From a virus (taxonomy: Duplodnaviria > Caudoviricetes), in IMG/VR virus record IMGVR_UViG_3300028048_003120, positions 1,121 through 65,120 of that record: a DNA stretch of 64,000 nt; one strand, written 5' to 3'. The notes under the pieces were generated by a model, which had not been told where the DNA came from, did not search any database, and worked only from the letters and a program-made list of their open reading frames with translations. The translations under genes were made by a program, and so were the position numbers. Shown piece after piece: positions 6,917-16,783 of this stretch; within the stretch, counting starts at the first letter, position 1, and the number at the start of each line of letters is the position of its first letter.

Positions 6917-8356
6917 CTAAACGTTCACTTCGTTCACATCCAAAAGCACGACGGGCAGGGCGCGGAAACTGCCGCCCACGCCGTAGTTGAAGGCGTAGCC
7001 GAAGTTGCCGCTAAAGTACCAGGCGCTGGTGGCGCCGTAGCGAGAGCAAGACCAAGTGAGGGCGCCGTTACTGATGGCCGTGCCACCGATGGCGTAGAGC
7101 GCACGGTTGATAGGATCGGCGTTGCGGTTGTTCGTTGTGTTGTACTTGATGGTCTTGAGGATGCTGCAAAGCGTCTCGATGTCGGGCAGACACCACTGGC
7201 CCTTGCGGAGCAGGTCGTGGTTGTACGACACATCCGCGCAATACTGGGCAGCGGGGAAAGCGGCGACGACCGAGCCGTCCTGCGCCGTGAAGGTCTTTCC
7301 GGCCATCTTGTAGGTATTGGTCCGGGTATCGCCGAAGTTCTTGCCGAACTGCCCCTGCTTCGTGGGATAGACGGGCAGGAAGGACTCCATGAATTTGAGC
7401 CAGCCAGCCTCGCCCTCGCCGTAGATGGCACGAAGGGCCGCGCAGCGGTCGGAGCCGCCAGAGTAGGAACTCGTACCGAGGTATCCAGGCTTGCAGATAG
7501 GATAACCGCGCACCGGGCTGGTCACATCAGAGGTCGGGTTGTAAGTGGCATTGTTCAAGTCCGCGGAGAAATACGCGATGGCGCGGTCCCAGTTGAGGAT
7601 GCAGCCTTCGCCCGTCCGCTGGCCGTTCTTGCGAATCATGGCCGTCGATGCGGTAATCTCCGGCAGGAGGTTCGCAGTGAGCGTGAAGCCCGTCTTGCCA
7701 GAGTTGGAGAACTGTTTCGAGTTGGTCAGATGGAACACGAGGTCGATTGCATCGACAACATCGTCGTTGTCGGTATCGACACCGATTGCCACCCAGTCCT
7801 GCACCTTGAACGGGTTGTCCTTCGCCGTCTCGGAGCCAACTGGCGTGTACTGCGTGTCGGCAGAGAAGAAGGTGTTGAGCTGCTCGACGAGAGAAGCGAC
7901 GGTCTCGGCATTGTACTCGATGAGATAGTCGTTGTACGTGGACCATGCGGAAGCGTCGCACATGGAAATCTTGCCGCTGCGGTCCGTACCGTCGCAGGTA
8001 AAGCCCGTAAGACGGAAGGAGTAGATATACGACCATGCCTTGTCCGCGCTGGTCTTGTTGCCAATGACGACAGTTCCGCGGAAGTCTGGATGATCCACGC
8101 CAAGCAGAACGGGACCTACGATGGTAAAGTTCGAGAAGAACGAGTTGCTGGAGAACGTATCGACGCTGATGAAGTGCATCGCAGAGTTACCGTCGAGGAC
8201 GCAGACGGAGCCGGTCTTCGCGAATTTGAGGCCCACGACGACATTCACACCGTCGAAGTGGATTCCATTATCTGCTCCGACGAGCGAAATGCCGCTCTCG
8301 AAGGCGCTCTTGCTGGCGGCTGCGTATTCCGCCTCGGTGTTGAAATACTGTATCAT
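6917..8356 (-). CDS. DGR target 1: tail-tip adhesin with C-terminal C-type-lectin-fold variable region
   Basis: 479 aa. The C-terminus (QWCLPDIETL...TWSCSRYGATSAWYFSGNFGYAFNYGVGGSFRALPV) carries VR1; the gene follows the tail fibre genes. Confidence 0.9.
   Translation of the reverse strand: MIQYFNTEAEYAAASKSAFESGISLVGADNGIHFDGVNVVVGLKFAKTGSVCVLDGNSAMHFISVDTFSSNSFFSNFTIVGPVLLGVDHPDFRGTVVIGNKTSADKAWSYIYSFRLTGFTCDGTDRSGKISMCDASAWSTYNDYLIEYNAETVASLVEQLNTFFSADTQYTPVGSETAKDNPFKVQDWVAIGVDTDNDDVVDAIDLVFHLTNSKQFSNSGKTGFTLTANLLPEITASTAMIRKNGQRTGEGCILNWDRAIAYFSADLNNATYNPTSDVTSPVRGYPICKPGYLGTSSYSGGSDRCAALRAIYGEGEAGWLKFMESFLPVYPTKQGQFGKNFGDTRTNTYKMAGKTFTAQDGSVVAAFPAAQYCADVSYNHDLLRKGQWCLPDIETLCSILKTIKYNTTNNRNADPINRALYAIGGTAISNGALTWSCSRYGATSAWYFSGNFGYAFNYGVGGSFRALPVVLLDVNEVNV
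6947..7068 (-). repeat. DGR variable repeat 1 (VR1)
   Basis: 122-bp ungapped alignment to TR with 21 mismatches, all at TR adenines (11 A>G, 8 A>T, 2 A>C). Confidence 0.97.
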
Positions 8357-8375
8357 GTCGCAAAATGTTTACTGA

Positions 8376-9899
8376 TTAGGAGGGGTTGAGGCAAATCCAG
8401 TCAGCGATGGCGCTGATGCCGACGGCGATGTAAATCTTCTTGTTGGTCTTGTCGATGTACACCTGACCGATGTAAATCGGGATGCCGTCCCACGGCAGGT
8501 CTGCCGGGCAGTTCTCCGGGCGCAGGTTGTTTGCCGGAGCGCCCGTCGCGATGAGGATGTCAGGGTATTTGTAGCGCAGCACCTCAACGACATCGAGAGT
8601 TCCGACCTTGATGTTGCCGGGCTGGGAGATGCGGGCCTTGAGAGCCTCCAGTTCCGTTGCGAGCAACACGACGGCCTCAGTCATGGTGCGGTGCTCGTAG
8701 ATGCCGAAAATCTGCGAGGTGAGGTTGGCCAGCGCGCCGTGCTTGACGACGATGATGTCCATGTCCGTCACGCCGGGCTTGTACGACACGACGACCTTGC
8801 AGGACTGCGGGATGTTCGCGATATAGTAGCCGGAATCCGGGATATTCACGAAGCGGTCCTCGTTGTTCGGCAGGTAGCGCTCCTCCGTAAAGGTCTCGGT
8901 GGTGTACACGGGGAAGTCCGTCACCTCCGTCGTGGTGGTGCTGGTCGGGTTGCCGTCCTCGTCCACCTCGTAGTAGAGAGGATTATTGCTGCCGTCCTTC
9001 GCCTGCACGGTACGGGTGCGCTCAATCTGCTCATAGATGGAGATGATGGAGATGTCGAGGGTCTTGTGCGTGTTGTCGGACGGGTTGAAGCCCGTCTTGA
9101 TAAGCAGCTCGGAGCAAGCCTCAACATCGAAGGGCTGCGAGATGGCGAAGTTCGCGTTGGCGGTCGCCTGACGAGTAGAGCATTTCACGTACTTGCCGCT
9201 CGTTCCCTGCGTGAGCGTGACCTTCGTTTCGTTCGCACTGTAACCCAGGTCGCGGTGCAGGCGCTCCATGTCCTCGAAGAACACACCGCCGATGCGGACG
9301 ACGGCCTCCGGCTCATAGGTCGTGGTCGTGCCGCTGACGGTCTTCGAGATATTGATGCAAAGGAATTTCGCTCCGGCAGGGGCCTGCACAAGCACAGTCT
9401 CATTCTGCCCGGTCTCGACGAGCGTCGTTCCCGAGACGAACGGAACGGCCCCGGTCGTGGACTCGGAGGTCAGCCAGCCATACTGAATGGTCTTGCTGGA
9501 TGCGGCGTTGAGGCGGTAGCGTGTGCCAGGGGTTACGGGGATGAGCCAGTGAACACCGTCAGCGCCCCAGTTCGAGTCGGTCATGTAACCCGTGAGACTG
9601 TCCTGCGCGACCTGATCGAGCGTTGCATTGAAATCTTCCGGGTAGAACTGTGCATCCACGAGGTTTCCCTGATCGTCAAAGGCAGGGATGGAGCCAGCGG
9701 CAGGGGTTCCGACGATGGTAATTCCACCGCTCGCCTCGCCGGTAAAGAGCGGCAGGCTATTCCACGGGGTCGCGCCGTCGCCGAACTTGAAAGTGTTGTT
9801 GTCGGAGACATACCCGATAACGCCGAGGGGCAGCACGGGGTTCTTCTCGTACCACTGCTGGTACGTGGCCGTGAGCTGCCGGAGGAAACAAGTCTTCAT
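8376..9899 (-). CDS. Tail fibre protein with Mtd N-terminal-like motif
   Basis: N-terminus WYEKNPVLPLGVIGYVSDNNTFKFGDGATPWNSLP matches the Mtd_N/hyaluronidase-type fibre N-terminal motif. Confidence 0.7.
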   Translation of the reverse strand: MKTCFLRQLTATYQQWYEKNPVLPLGVIGYVSDNNTFKFGDGATPWNSLPLFTGEASGGITIVGTPAAGSIPAFDDQGNLVDAQFYPEDFNATLDQVAQDSLTGYMTDSNWGADGVHWLIPVTPGTRYRLNAASSKTIQYGWLTSESTTGAVPFVSGTTLVETGQNETVLVQAPAGAKFLCINISKTVSGTTTTYEPEAVVRIGGVFFEDMERLHRDLGYSANETKVTLTQGTSGKYVKCSTRQATANANFAISQPFDVEACSELLIKTGFNPSDNTHKTLDISIISIYEQIERTRTVQAKDGSNNPLYYEVDEDGNPTSTTTTEVTDFPVYTTETFTEERYLPNNEDRFVNIPDSGYYIANIPQSCKVVVSYKPGVTDMDIIVVKHGALANLTSQIFGIYEHRTMTEAVVLLATELEALKARISQPGNIKVGTLDVVEVLRYKYPDILIATGAPANNLRPENCPADLPWDGIPIYIGQVYIDKTNKKIYIAVGISAIADWICLNPS

Positions 9900-9931
9900 A
9901 TTCTTAACGGTTTTCGATTTTTCTTATGCAC

Positions 9932-9976
9932 CAAAGGTATTTTCTATCAACCTCTCGCTTTGTCTATCCGTTCCCC
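9932..9976 (-). promoter_or_regulatory. Putative late promoter (motif copy 1)
   Basis: GGGGAACGGATAGACAAA-N19-TACCTTTG (perfect TAnnTTTG -7 box), upstream of 8376..9899. Confidence 0.7.
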
Positions 9977-9984
9977 GAAGGAGA

Positions 9985-11136
9985 TTACGATTCCTCCGGC
10001 TCCTCGTTGTCGTCGTCGATGAATTGCTCAACCCAATAGACCTGACCGCCGACGGCATACTCGCACACGATGTCGTAGTCGCTCGGATAGTCGTCGCCGT
10101 CGATGGCGAACTGTATCATCTGGGTGTAGTTTGCAGTCGAAACATTGCCGACGCTGACACATTGTACGGTAGCGGGCGTTCCTCCGGGACCGGGGGCCGT
10201 CTCGCCGGAGATGATATATGCGCCGTCGCTTCCCTTGCTCCAGTCGGTATTCTGCGCGCTCTTGGCGAGGCACCAGACGCGGATTGTCGAAACGGTCTGC
10301 ACCTCCCCGTTCTGCTGGACATGGAAAGCGAAGGAGAAACTGTTGTTGCCGCCATAGTTCCGCACGATACCGTCGCCGTAGATGTAGATACCCGTGGCCG
10401 TGTTGAACGTGAACGTAAAGTACGAATACGGAAGCATATAGAACTTTCCGGCGCTCAAATCGCCGTCCAGCGTTATATCCACGGTGGAGAAGAACAGGCA
10501 AGCCTCATACGTGCCGTTTCCGCTGGGGACGAGCCGCGATGCGAGGATGTCATAGACGCTCGGATCGTTGCCGAAATCCGTGGAGTTGCCCGTGAACGTG
10601 CAGCGAAGGACCGGCTGCGTAGTCGTGTCGTTCTCCACCTTCCGCACGGCCACGCCAATCTTGCAGCCGTAGATGGAATCCTGCTGCGGGAAGTCGGATT
10701 GCTCCAGCGCGCCCTCCACTTCCTCGCCGGGATAGAAGCGGAGTTTCCCGCCACGGTAAATCGTCTTCCCACTCCCGGCGAACTCCCACGGGAAGGGAGC
10801 TTCGGCGAAGTGGTCGTAGCCGATGAAATCGTGCATGCGATAGTGTGGAGACTGCGCACTGGGCTTCGTGCTGGTCCAGCACGGTTTACCAACTCCGATA
10901 GCCCTTGCCGCCGTGAGCATGGCGCGCAGGTCGGTGTATTCCGTGATTACATATCCCCAGTTCAAACTCTGCCTGACCAAATCGGTCAGGTCCTCGTCGG
11001 TGTTTGCCGCGATGGGGCGCTTCTTCGACCAGATGTTTACCTTGACGGACGCGCAGAGCGAACCGATGTCAACAGTCGCATGTCCAATATAGCGGGCGAT
11101 GCGATAGACATCCATATCTTGTAGAGTGAGTGCCAT
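9985..11136 (-). CDS. Tail-associated structural protein
   Basis: 383 aa within the tail module; N-terminal IGSLCASVKVNIWSKKRPI and YRMHDFIGYDH motifs I associate with Bacteroidetes phage tail proteins. Confidence 0.55.
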   Translation of the reverse strand: MALTLQDMDVYRIARYIGHATVDIGSLCASVKVNIWSKKRPIAANTDEDLTDLVRQSLNWGYVITEYTDLRAMLTAARAIGVGKPCWTSTKPSAQSPHYRMHDFIGYDHFAEAPFPWEFAGSGKTIYRGGKLRFYPGEEVEGALEQSDFPQQDSIYGCKIGVAVRKVENDTTTQPVLRCTFTGNSTDFGNDPSVYDILASRLVPSGNGTYEACLFFSTVDITLDGDLSAGKFYMLPYSYFTFTFNTATGIYIYGDGIVRNYGGNNSFSFAFHVQQNGEVQTVSTIRVWCLAKSAQNTDWSKGSDGAYIISGETAPGPGGTPATVQCVSVGNVSTANYTQMIQFAIDGDDYPSDYDIVCEYAVGGQVYWVEQFIDDDNEEPEES

Positions 11137-11148
11137 ATCTTGTGTTTT

Positions 11149-14100
11149 TTATTCATTTTCTTCAAACTGCTGCCAACTCGAGGTCACGCCCGTACCCGTC
11201 AGTTTCGCCCAGTACGTGTAGTTGGCGTTGCGGGATGCGGTCCTCGTTCCCGAACCGTCCACGCTGCCGGGTACATTCCCGTTGGCGGGAGGAACCGTCT
11301 TACTGCCGATGCTGATTGTCGCGACGGATTCACCCACCGTATCGGGGTTGTCGTTTGCGGAACTCGTCCGGCAGATATACATCGTGAGGGAGATTGTCTT
11401 CTGCGTGTTACCCGTGTTGGTAAGGGTCCAGATGTAGGAGATTGAGTAATTGGAGGCCCACGATGCTCCGGCGAAGCCCGTCACGGAGCCGGCAATCATT
11501 CCATCCTGAACAACATCTATCTCGACCGGGCTTGCCGCGTTGTCGCCCGGCGTGACGGTAATCACACCCATAAGGGTTGAAGCGGCCGTATTTGGCTTCA
11601 CGGTCACGGTGATGGTCTTCGTGCCGCTGGACGAGCTGCCGCCGCCGCTGCTGGACGAAAGACTGTACACCGGGTCAGTACCGCCGGGAACCGTTGTGAC
11701 ATGCGAGATGGAGAACGAGGTGTTCTTGTACGTGACGACGAACGTTGCCGTTCCACCGTTGGCCACGAATTCGAGGCTGGAGAGATCGACGGACAGCTCG
11801 ACGCACTTCTTCTGATAGAATGTCACAGTCCTCGTGATGTTGCTGCCGCCGTCCAGCCGCGTGACCTTCGCGGTAATCACGCAGCTACGGGCAGACCCTT
11901 CGTTCTTCGCGACGGTCACATTTCCGCCGGATACCGTGAGCCACGACTGCGCCGGAGTGATGGTCGGAGTATCCGACACGTTACCCCAGGAGCCTTCGTC
12001 CGTTCCCGTCTCGGTTGTGTTGGTCGTAGTCACATCCGTCTCGCCGGAATCCCACGTGTAGGTCGTGACAATGGTATGCGGCTGCGACCACGGCGACATC
12101 GTGCGCTCCTTGTGCCCACCAGCGGAGCAGGAAAGGATATTGTTGTAGGTCGCAGCGCCGAAGGGAGCCGCCGCAGAGGATGAACTGTACTGCGAGAGGG
12201 AAATCGAGAGGGAATAGTTCGAGTAGTCGTACTCCTGATACGATGTCCCGTAGGTCTTTTGGCCGGGCGTATCGACGGAGCTGCCGCTGCCTTTCGCGTT
12301 CTTCAACTCGGTAATCGTGATGTCCTTGTTGCCAGCGCCGGAATGGGAGGCGCGCACGGTGGTCGTGCCCTGCGACCTCGTATTCTTAAGCAGCGAGCCG
12401 AAGGTAATCACGTTCCCGGACCTTGTGTAATCACGATAGCCGTTGTTGCATGGCGTTCCCTGCAGGGCGAAGGAGAAGTCGGATGTCGAGAGGCCGGGGT
12501 CATTATAGCCGCTCGTCCACGTGATAGGGCAGGAAGCCGTAAAGGTCACCGCATCCTCGTAGGCCGCAACAGTAGCGGACGAATGAGACTCCGACGAGGC
12601 AGACAAGGTAATCGTGCCGTAGGTCTTGGAGTTTGTCGCGGAGTATTCGCCGGTGGATGCGGTCTTGGTGTTGTCGTCGGGGTGCGCGATCGTGACCGTC
12701 ACTTTGTCCGTGCCCTCCTTGTTAGTCATGCTCGTATGCGTGAGCGTCGTGCCGCTGCGCGAGAAGCGGTCCGCATGCCCGGTCGGGCCGGAGGTGGAGA
12801 GGCTGATTGTGGCCCGACTCGTGTCGTTGACCGCGGTTCCGTCCGTGCGGGACCTTTCAACGTTGTCGGAGTTCCACTTTGTTATGGTGGTATCATAGTG
12901 CGAAGCCGCATAGGAGAGCGTGAGCGAGCCGCCAGCCGCCGTAATGGAGCCGTTCGTGACGGAGATGGAGACGGTTCGTGTCGTGGTGGTCGTGGTCGTG
13001 TAGGAATCCGCGATTTGCTTGATGCTCGAACTCGCCTCCTTGTCGAGATATGTAGCCTCAACGGTCCAAGTCTTCTCGCTGAGCGTATGCTTGTTCGTTA
13101 CCGTGAAGGTCGATGTCGTGGTTCCGTCCGCACCCGTGACCTCCAGCGCAGAATCGGCAGTAACGGTTACGTTGCTATGCAGCGTCCCCTGCGTAATGGC
13201 GCTGGTATCGCCGTCGTCATAGGCAGTATATCTCGTCCCGGCCTCCCTCCACGTGGCTTTCAGTACGATTGTCACGGTGGACTGCTTGCAGTCGTTGATT
13301 TTCGTGACGGTCGTATTCCCGATCTTGAACGAGTCAATCGCAAGGCTGGAGCAGGTTGCGGCGATGGTCGAGGAAGAATTGGCCTTCTGATAGAGCGTGG
13401 CCGTCGCATAGCCGGATACCTCGGGATAATACGACGGGTTGAGCTGCCCCTTGATAGTCGCGGTCCGCTGATTTCCCGTGGTCTTCCCCCTGGAACTGAC
13501 AGTGATTGTCCTTCCGCTGATGGAAATCCACGACGAGGTGCTGGTAAACGTGAACATCGACCGTCCGATGGTCTGATAGTAGTATGCGTGTGCATTGCTC
13601 GACCATAAGATATAGTTTCCGCAACGGCAGGATGCAGACGAGACATACGTTTCCGCAGCGCACGCAGGGGCCTGATGGTCGCTATCGTAGTAGTTGTTCA
13701 GCTCTATCGAGAACTGGTCGTATGTGTTGTAGGCCGTGACATAGGATGCGGTGTTCGCCGCCTGCGTGATGGAGACCTGCTCCGCTGCAGCATTCACTTC
13801 GACGCTCTGCCCGTTGATTGTCACGGTGCCGGAATACGACACGTTGAGGGTGCAGGAGCGGGCCGGAGCGTTCCATTGGGCAGCAGAGGGACCGCTGGTG
13901 TTGGAGGAATAGCCGTTGGTCCCGCGGTCGTTGGCCTTCCACTGACCCGTGCTTCGGTTGTAGGAGAAGTTCGTGGAATCGCCGATGCTGCTGGTAGTAG
14001 GCGTTACGTTCGCTCGGTACACCTCCGTCCCGTTCTGCGTCCCGACCAGCGTCCATGTGGCATATAAGCTGCCGCCGGAAGCGGGTATCTCCGGGAGCGA

Positions 14101-14244
14101 GGAAATGGTACTCCCGTTGTAGGTCCACGTGGGGATCAGCGTGAAGACGTAGTTTCGCGGCCACACCTGCGCGCCCCGGAACATGAACTTTGCCATTCCG
14201 AGGTTTTTCAGTTTGAAGGCCGCGAAATCGTCGAACTTAGGCAT
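11149..14244 (-). CDS. Ser/Thr-rich tail fibre/spike with Ig-like (BACON-type) repeats
   Basis: 1031 aa, beta-rich, with recurring repeat ends ITQAAN, LYQKAN, VTFYQKK, IDVVQDG and SWISISGRTITV/SWLTVSGGNVTV. Confidence 0.7.
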   Translation of the reverse strand: MPKFDDFAAFKLKNLGMAKFMFRGAQVWPRNYVFTLIPTWTYNGSTISSLPEIPASGGSLYATWTLVGTQNGTEVYRANVTPTTSSIGDSTNFSYNRSTGQWKANDRGTNGYSSNTSGPSAAQWNAPARSCTLNVSYSGTVTINGQSVEVNAAAEQVSITQAANTASYVTAYNTYDQFSIELNNYYDSDHQAPACAAETYVSSASCRCGNYILWSSNAHAYYYQTIGRSMFTFTSTSSWISISGRTITVSSRGKTTGNQRTATIKGQLNPSYYPEVSGYATATLYQKANSSSTIAATCSSLAIDSFKIGNTTVTKINDCKQSTVTIVLKATWREAGTRYTAYDDGDTSAITQGTLHSNVTVTADSALEVTGADGTTTSTFTVTNKHTLSEKTWTVEATYLDKEASSSIKQIADSYTTTTTTTRTVSISVTNGSITAAGGSLTLSYAASHYDTTITKWNSDNVERSRTDGTAVNDTSRATISLSTSGPTGHADRFSRSGTTLTHTSMTNKEGTDKVTVTIAHPDDNTKTASTGEYSATNSKTYGTITLSASSESHSSATVAAYEDAVTFTASCPITWTSGYNDPGLSTSDFSFALQGTPCNNGYRDYTRSGNVITFGSLLKNTRSQGTTTVRASHSGAGNKDITITELKNAKGSGSSVDTPGQKTYGTSYQEYDYSNYSLSISLSQYSSSSAAAPFGAATYNNILSCSAGGHKERTMSPWSQPHTIVTTYTWDSGETDVTTTNTTETGTDEGSWGNVSDTPTITPAQSWLTVSGGNVTVAKNEGSARSCVITAKVTRLDGGSNITRTVTFYQKKCVELSVDLSSLEFVANGGTATFVVTYKNTSFSISHVTTVPGGTDPVYSLSSSSGGGSSSSGTKTITVTVKPNTAASTLMGVITVTPGDNAASPVEIDVVQDGMIAGSVTGFAGASWASNYSISYIWTLTNTGNTQKTISLTMYICRTSSANDNPDTVGESVATISIGSKTVPPANGNVPGSVDGSGTRTASRNANYTYWAKLTGTGVTSSWQQFEENE

Positions 14245-16777
14245 AGATGGCGTACAAGGTGTTGTTGTCGGGCGTTATGCTATTGTAGTAGGATTGAGTG
14301 CAGAAAACGATTGTAAGGCCCCCGGAGAGCGTCGTAGTGACGAACGTTCCACCGCTGATATTGCCGACGGCGGTTTCAAGTGTCGATACCCTGCTCATCA
14401 GCGCGCTTACCAGCGCCGCCGACGGCACATAATCCCCGTAGGAGGCATCGCTATATCCAACCCAAGTGTCGAGACGATAGAGGACATTTCCGAGGGACCC
14501 TCCCGTGGCCGCACCTGCGGTTATATAACTTGCCGCCGTGATATGGCCGGACGCGGCCACGTTCACGCCTGAGAGATTGCCCGTGGCAGACACGTTACCG
14601 CCAGCGGAGATATTTCCCGTAGCGGAGAGAGCGCCCGTAACCGAGAACGGATAGAGCGCAGTTATGAGGGTAATCGCGTCATTCGCCCCGGTCGTGACCG
14701 AGAATAGGTTATTGAAGGTCTGCGCAAGGAGGTAGTTCGAGTGCGAGTGCGACGAAAGGGATATGGACTTCGTCACGTCCTCGACGGTCAGCGTCACATA
14801 TTCGTTGGCGAGGCCGGTGCCCCATTCCACATCAGAGCCTCCGCTGATGTTCTGGATAGCCGCCTCGATTGCCGAAAGCCTGCTGGCCACGATGGGAGCC
14901 GCAGGGACCCACTCTGCGTGCGTAGTGGAGTCGTAGCCCGTCCAGGAATCCAGCCGATAAAGCACGTTGCCAAGAGAGCCACCCGTGGCCGCACCTGCGG
15001 TTATATAACTTGCCGCCGTGATATGGCCGGACGCGGCCACGTTCACGCCGGAGAGATTGCCCGTGGCATCTACATTCCCTCCCGCCGATATGTTCCCGGT
15101 TGCAGACAACGCCCCGTTCACGGCGAAGGGATAAAGGGCCGTAATCAGCGTCACGACATCGTTGTTGTCCTTCGTAACGCTGAAAAGGTTATTGAAAACC
15201 GATGCGAGAAGGTATCCCGAATGGGTATGCGAGGCGAGCGAGAGGTTGTACGAGTTATTCCCGGTCGTGAGAACACCGTATTCCGTGTTCCCGCTGGCCA
15301 CGACAAAGTCAACATCCGAGCTGCCCCCTCCACCGTCAATGATGGCACTTACCGCCGTCTCCAGCGTGGAGATTCGGGAGCGCAGGGCATAGGCCAGCCC
15401 AGCGGAGAACGCCCATTCCTCCCAGCCGGTGTTCAGGGTCTGATCCCAACTGTCGAAGATATAGAGGACATCGCCGGACGGGGTTTGCGAAGAAGGATTG
15501 AGCGCGCCGGCGGTAATGTACGACGACGAGGTTATTCCACGGTCGAAGGCTATGGGAGCGTTGGCCGTGTTCGCGAGGGAAATGTGCCGGAGGATGGCCG
15601 ACACGTTCTTCAATACCTCTGCGGTCGCCGGGTTCGTGGTACTGTCTGCCGCCGTCTGAATGATGTACAAATCGAGCAGGGCCTTTATTCCCTGCTGGCC
15701 CTGCGCAAGACCACCCTCCGGGTACTCGATTTTTTGGAACATCTCCAGCAGGGCGCGCAGCGCGGAATCGTCCCCGTAGGGTTTCAGAAACTTCGTCACG
15801 CCGTTGACGGTAAGGGTGTAGTAGTCCTCGCCGTCCTCGCCCCATTCTGCCGTCGTGATGTCGAGGTTCTCCAGCACCGTGATGCGGTTCTCCAACTCCA
15901 CGCCCAGCCGGGCCGACATAAGCCATTCGTCCTGATCGCTATCCGATACGTATTCCTCCCAGCGGTCGAGGCGGTAGAAAAGCGTCTCGTCAATCTCGCC
16001 ACGGGCGAGCGGCCCGTCACCTATGAGGCCGACGGCGGAATACATCGGGAGGTCGCGTCGCAGCATCCACACGGGTTCCGCAGCCGTGCCCATGTTCTCG
16101 ATGAACAAGTGTTGCAGCAGCTCCGTGATGTTGCGCCTCGTGGTCCGGGTTTCGACGGGGGCCACCTCCTCGTCTTCTTCTTCCTCCTCATTATCCGAAT
16201 CTGAATCTGAATCTGAATCCGTTTCCTCAACGACGGACTGCAAGGTCGGGATGGCCTCGACCTGATCAATGTACATATCGCCTATCATCAGCGTACCGAT
16301 GCGGTCGTCGCCGATGCCAAGCAGCGTGCCGACCGCAGAGATAGCCTTGTACGGGGTTCCGTCGATAGAGCGGTAGAGGTCGCCCGTAAGGGGATGCGCG
16401 ATACCGGCAGACTTCGGGAGCCACAACGACGCGCCGACGGTACTCAAAGCGTCCGCGAGTTCCAGCAGACGCGCATCCAGGAGCGTGAGCGTCACAAGGT
16501 CGTTGATGGTATGCGTCCCGGTAAGGCCCTCGATGATGATGTTCACGGCCCCGTTCTCGTTCACTACGTAGGATATGGACGGGAAGAACCCCATCTCCGC
16601 AGATATGACATGCCGTCCGTCGCGCTGGGCGATGCGGAAGTCAATATCCATCGTCTGCGAGATGAGGTCCAGCACGGCGCTGCTGCTGCTCTCGCGGAGC
16701 CGCACATCGCTCTGCGTGACCTCAACGCCGAAGTCCAGCAGGATATTCCTCTCGGTAGCTGTGAACTCGAATTTCAT
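14237..16777 (-). CDS. Tail fibre protein with internal repeats of about 160 aa
   Basis: 846 aa; repeated YRLDxW...EW...RIxxLE units and GALSATGNISAGGNV-type beta repeats. Confidence 0.7.
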   Translation of the reverse strand: MKFEFTATERNILLDFGVEVTQSDVRLRESSSSAVLDLISQTMDIDFRIAQRDGRHVISAEMGFFPSISYVVNENGAVNIIIEGLTGTHTINDLVTLTLLDARLLELADALSTVGASLWLPKSAGIAHPLTGDLYRSIDGTPYKAISAVGTLLGIGDDRIGTLMIGDMYIDQVEAIPTLQSVVEETDSDSDSDSDNEEEEEDEEVAPVETRTTRRNITELLQHLFIENMGTAAEPVWMLRRDLPMYSAVGLIGDGPLARGEIDETLFYRLDRWEEYVSDSDQDEWLMSARLGVELENRITVLENLDITTAEWGEDGEDYYTLTVNGVTKFLKPYGDDSALRALLEMFQKIEYPEGGLAQGQQGIKALLDLYIIQTAADSTTNPATAEVLKNVSAILRHISLANTANAPIAFDRGITSSSYITAGALNPSSQTPSGDVLYIFDSWDQTLNTGWEEWAFSAGLAYALRSRISTLETAVSAIIDGGGGSSDVDFVVASGNTEYGVLTTGNNSYNLSLASHTHSGYLLASVFNNLFSVTKDNNDVVTLITALYPFAVNGALSATGNISAGGNVDATGNLSGVNVAASGHITAASYITAGAATGGSLGNVLYRLDSWTGYDSTTHAEWVPAAPIVASRLSAIEAAIQNISGGSDVEWGTGLANEYVTLTVEDVTKSISLSSHSHSNYLLAQTFNNLFSVTTGANDAITLITALYPFSVTGALSATGNISAGGNVSATGNLSGVNVAASGHITAASYITAGAATGGSLGNVLYRLDTWVGYSDASYGDYVPSAALVSALMSRVSTLETAVGNISGGTFVTTTLSGGLTIVFCTQSYYNSITPDNNTLYAIYA
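14502..15068. repeat. 87-bp near-perfect direct repeat, 480-bp period
   Basis: 14502..14588 versus 14982..15068 differ at one position (14570 T / 15050 G). Confidence 0.9.
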
Positions 16778-16783
16778 GGCGCG

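Noticed and set aside
11100-11112. Partial GATAGACA match inside gene 9985..11136 (also GATAGAC near 4224)
   Set aside because: Lacks the AAA end, the upstream GAACR bases and a -7 box at the right spacing; intragenic and antisense.
16197-16220. (GAATCT)3-GAATCC hexamer repeat encoding an SD run in the tail fibre
   Set aside because: Unit length is a multiple of three inside an acidic linker, so slippage would not switch expression; too short to call a contingency locus.
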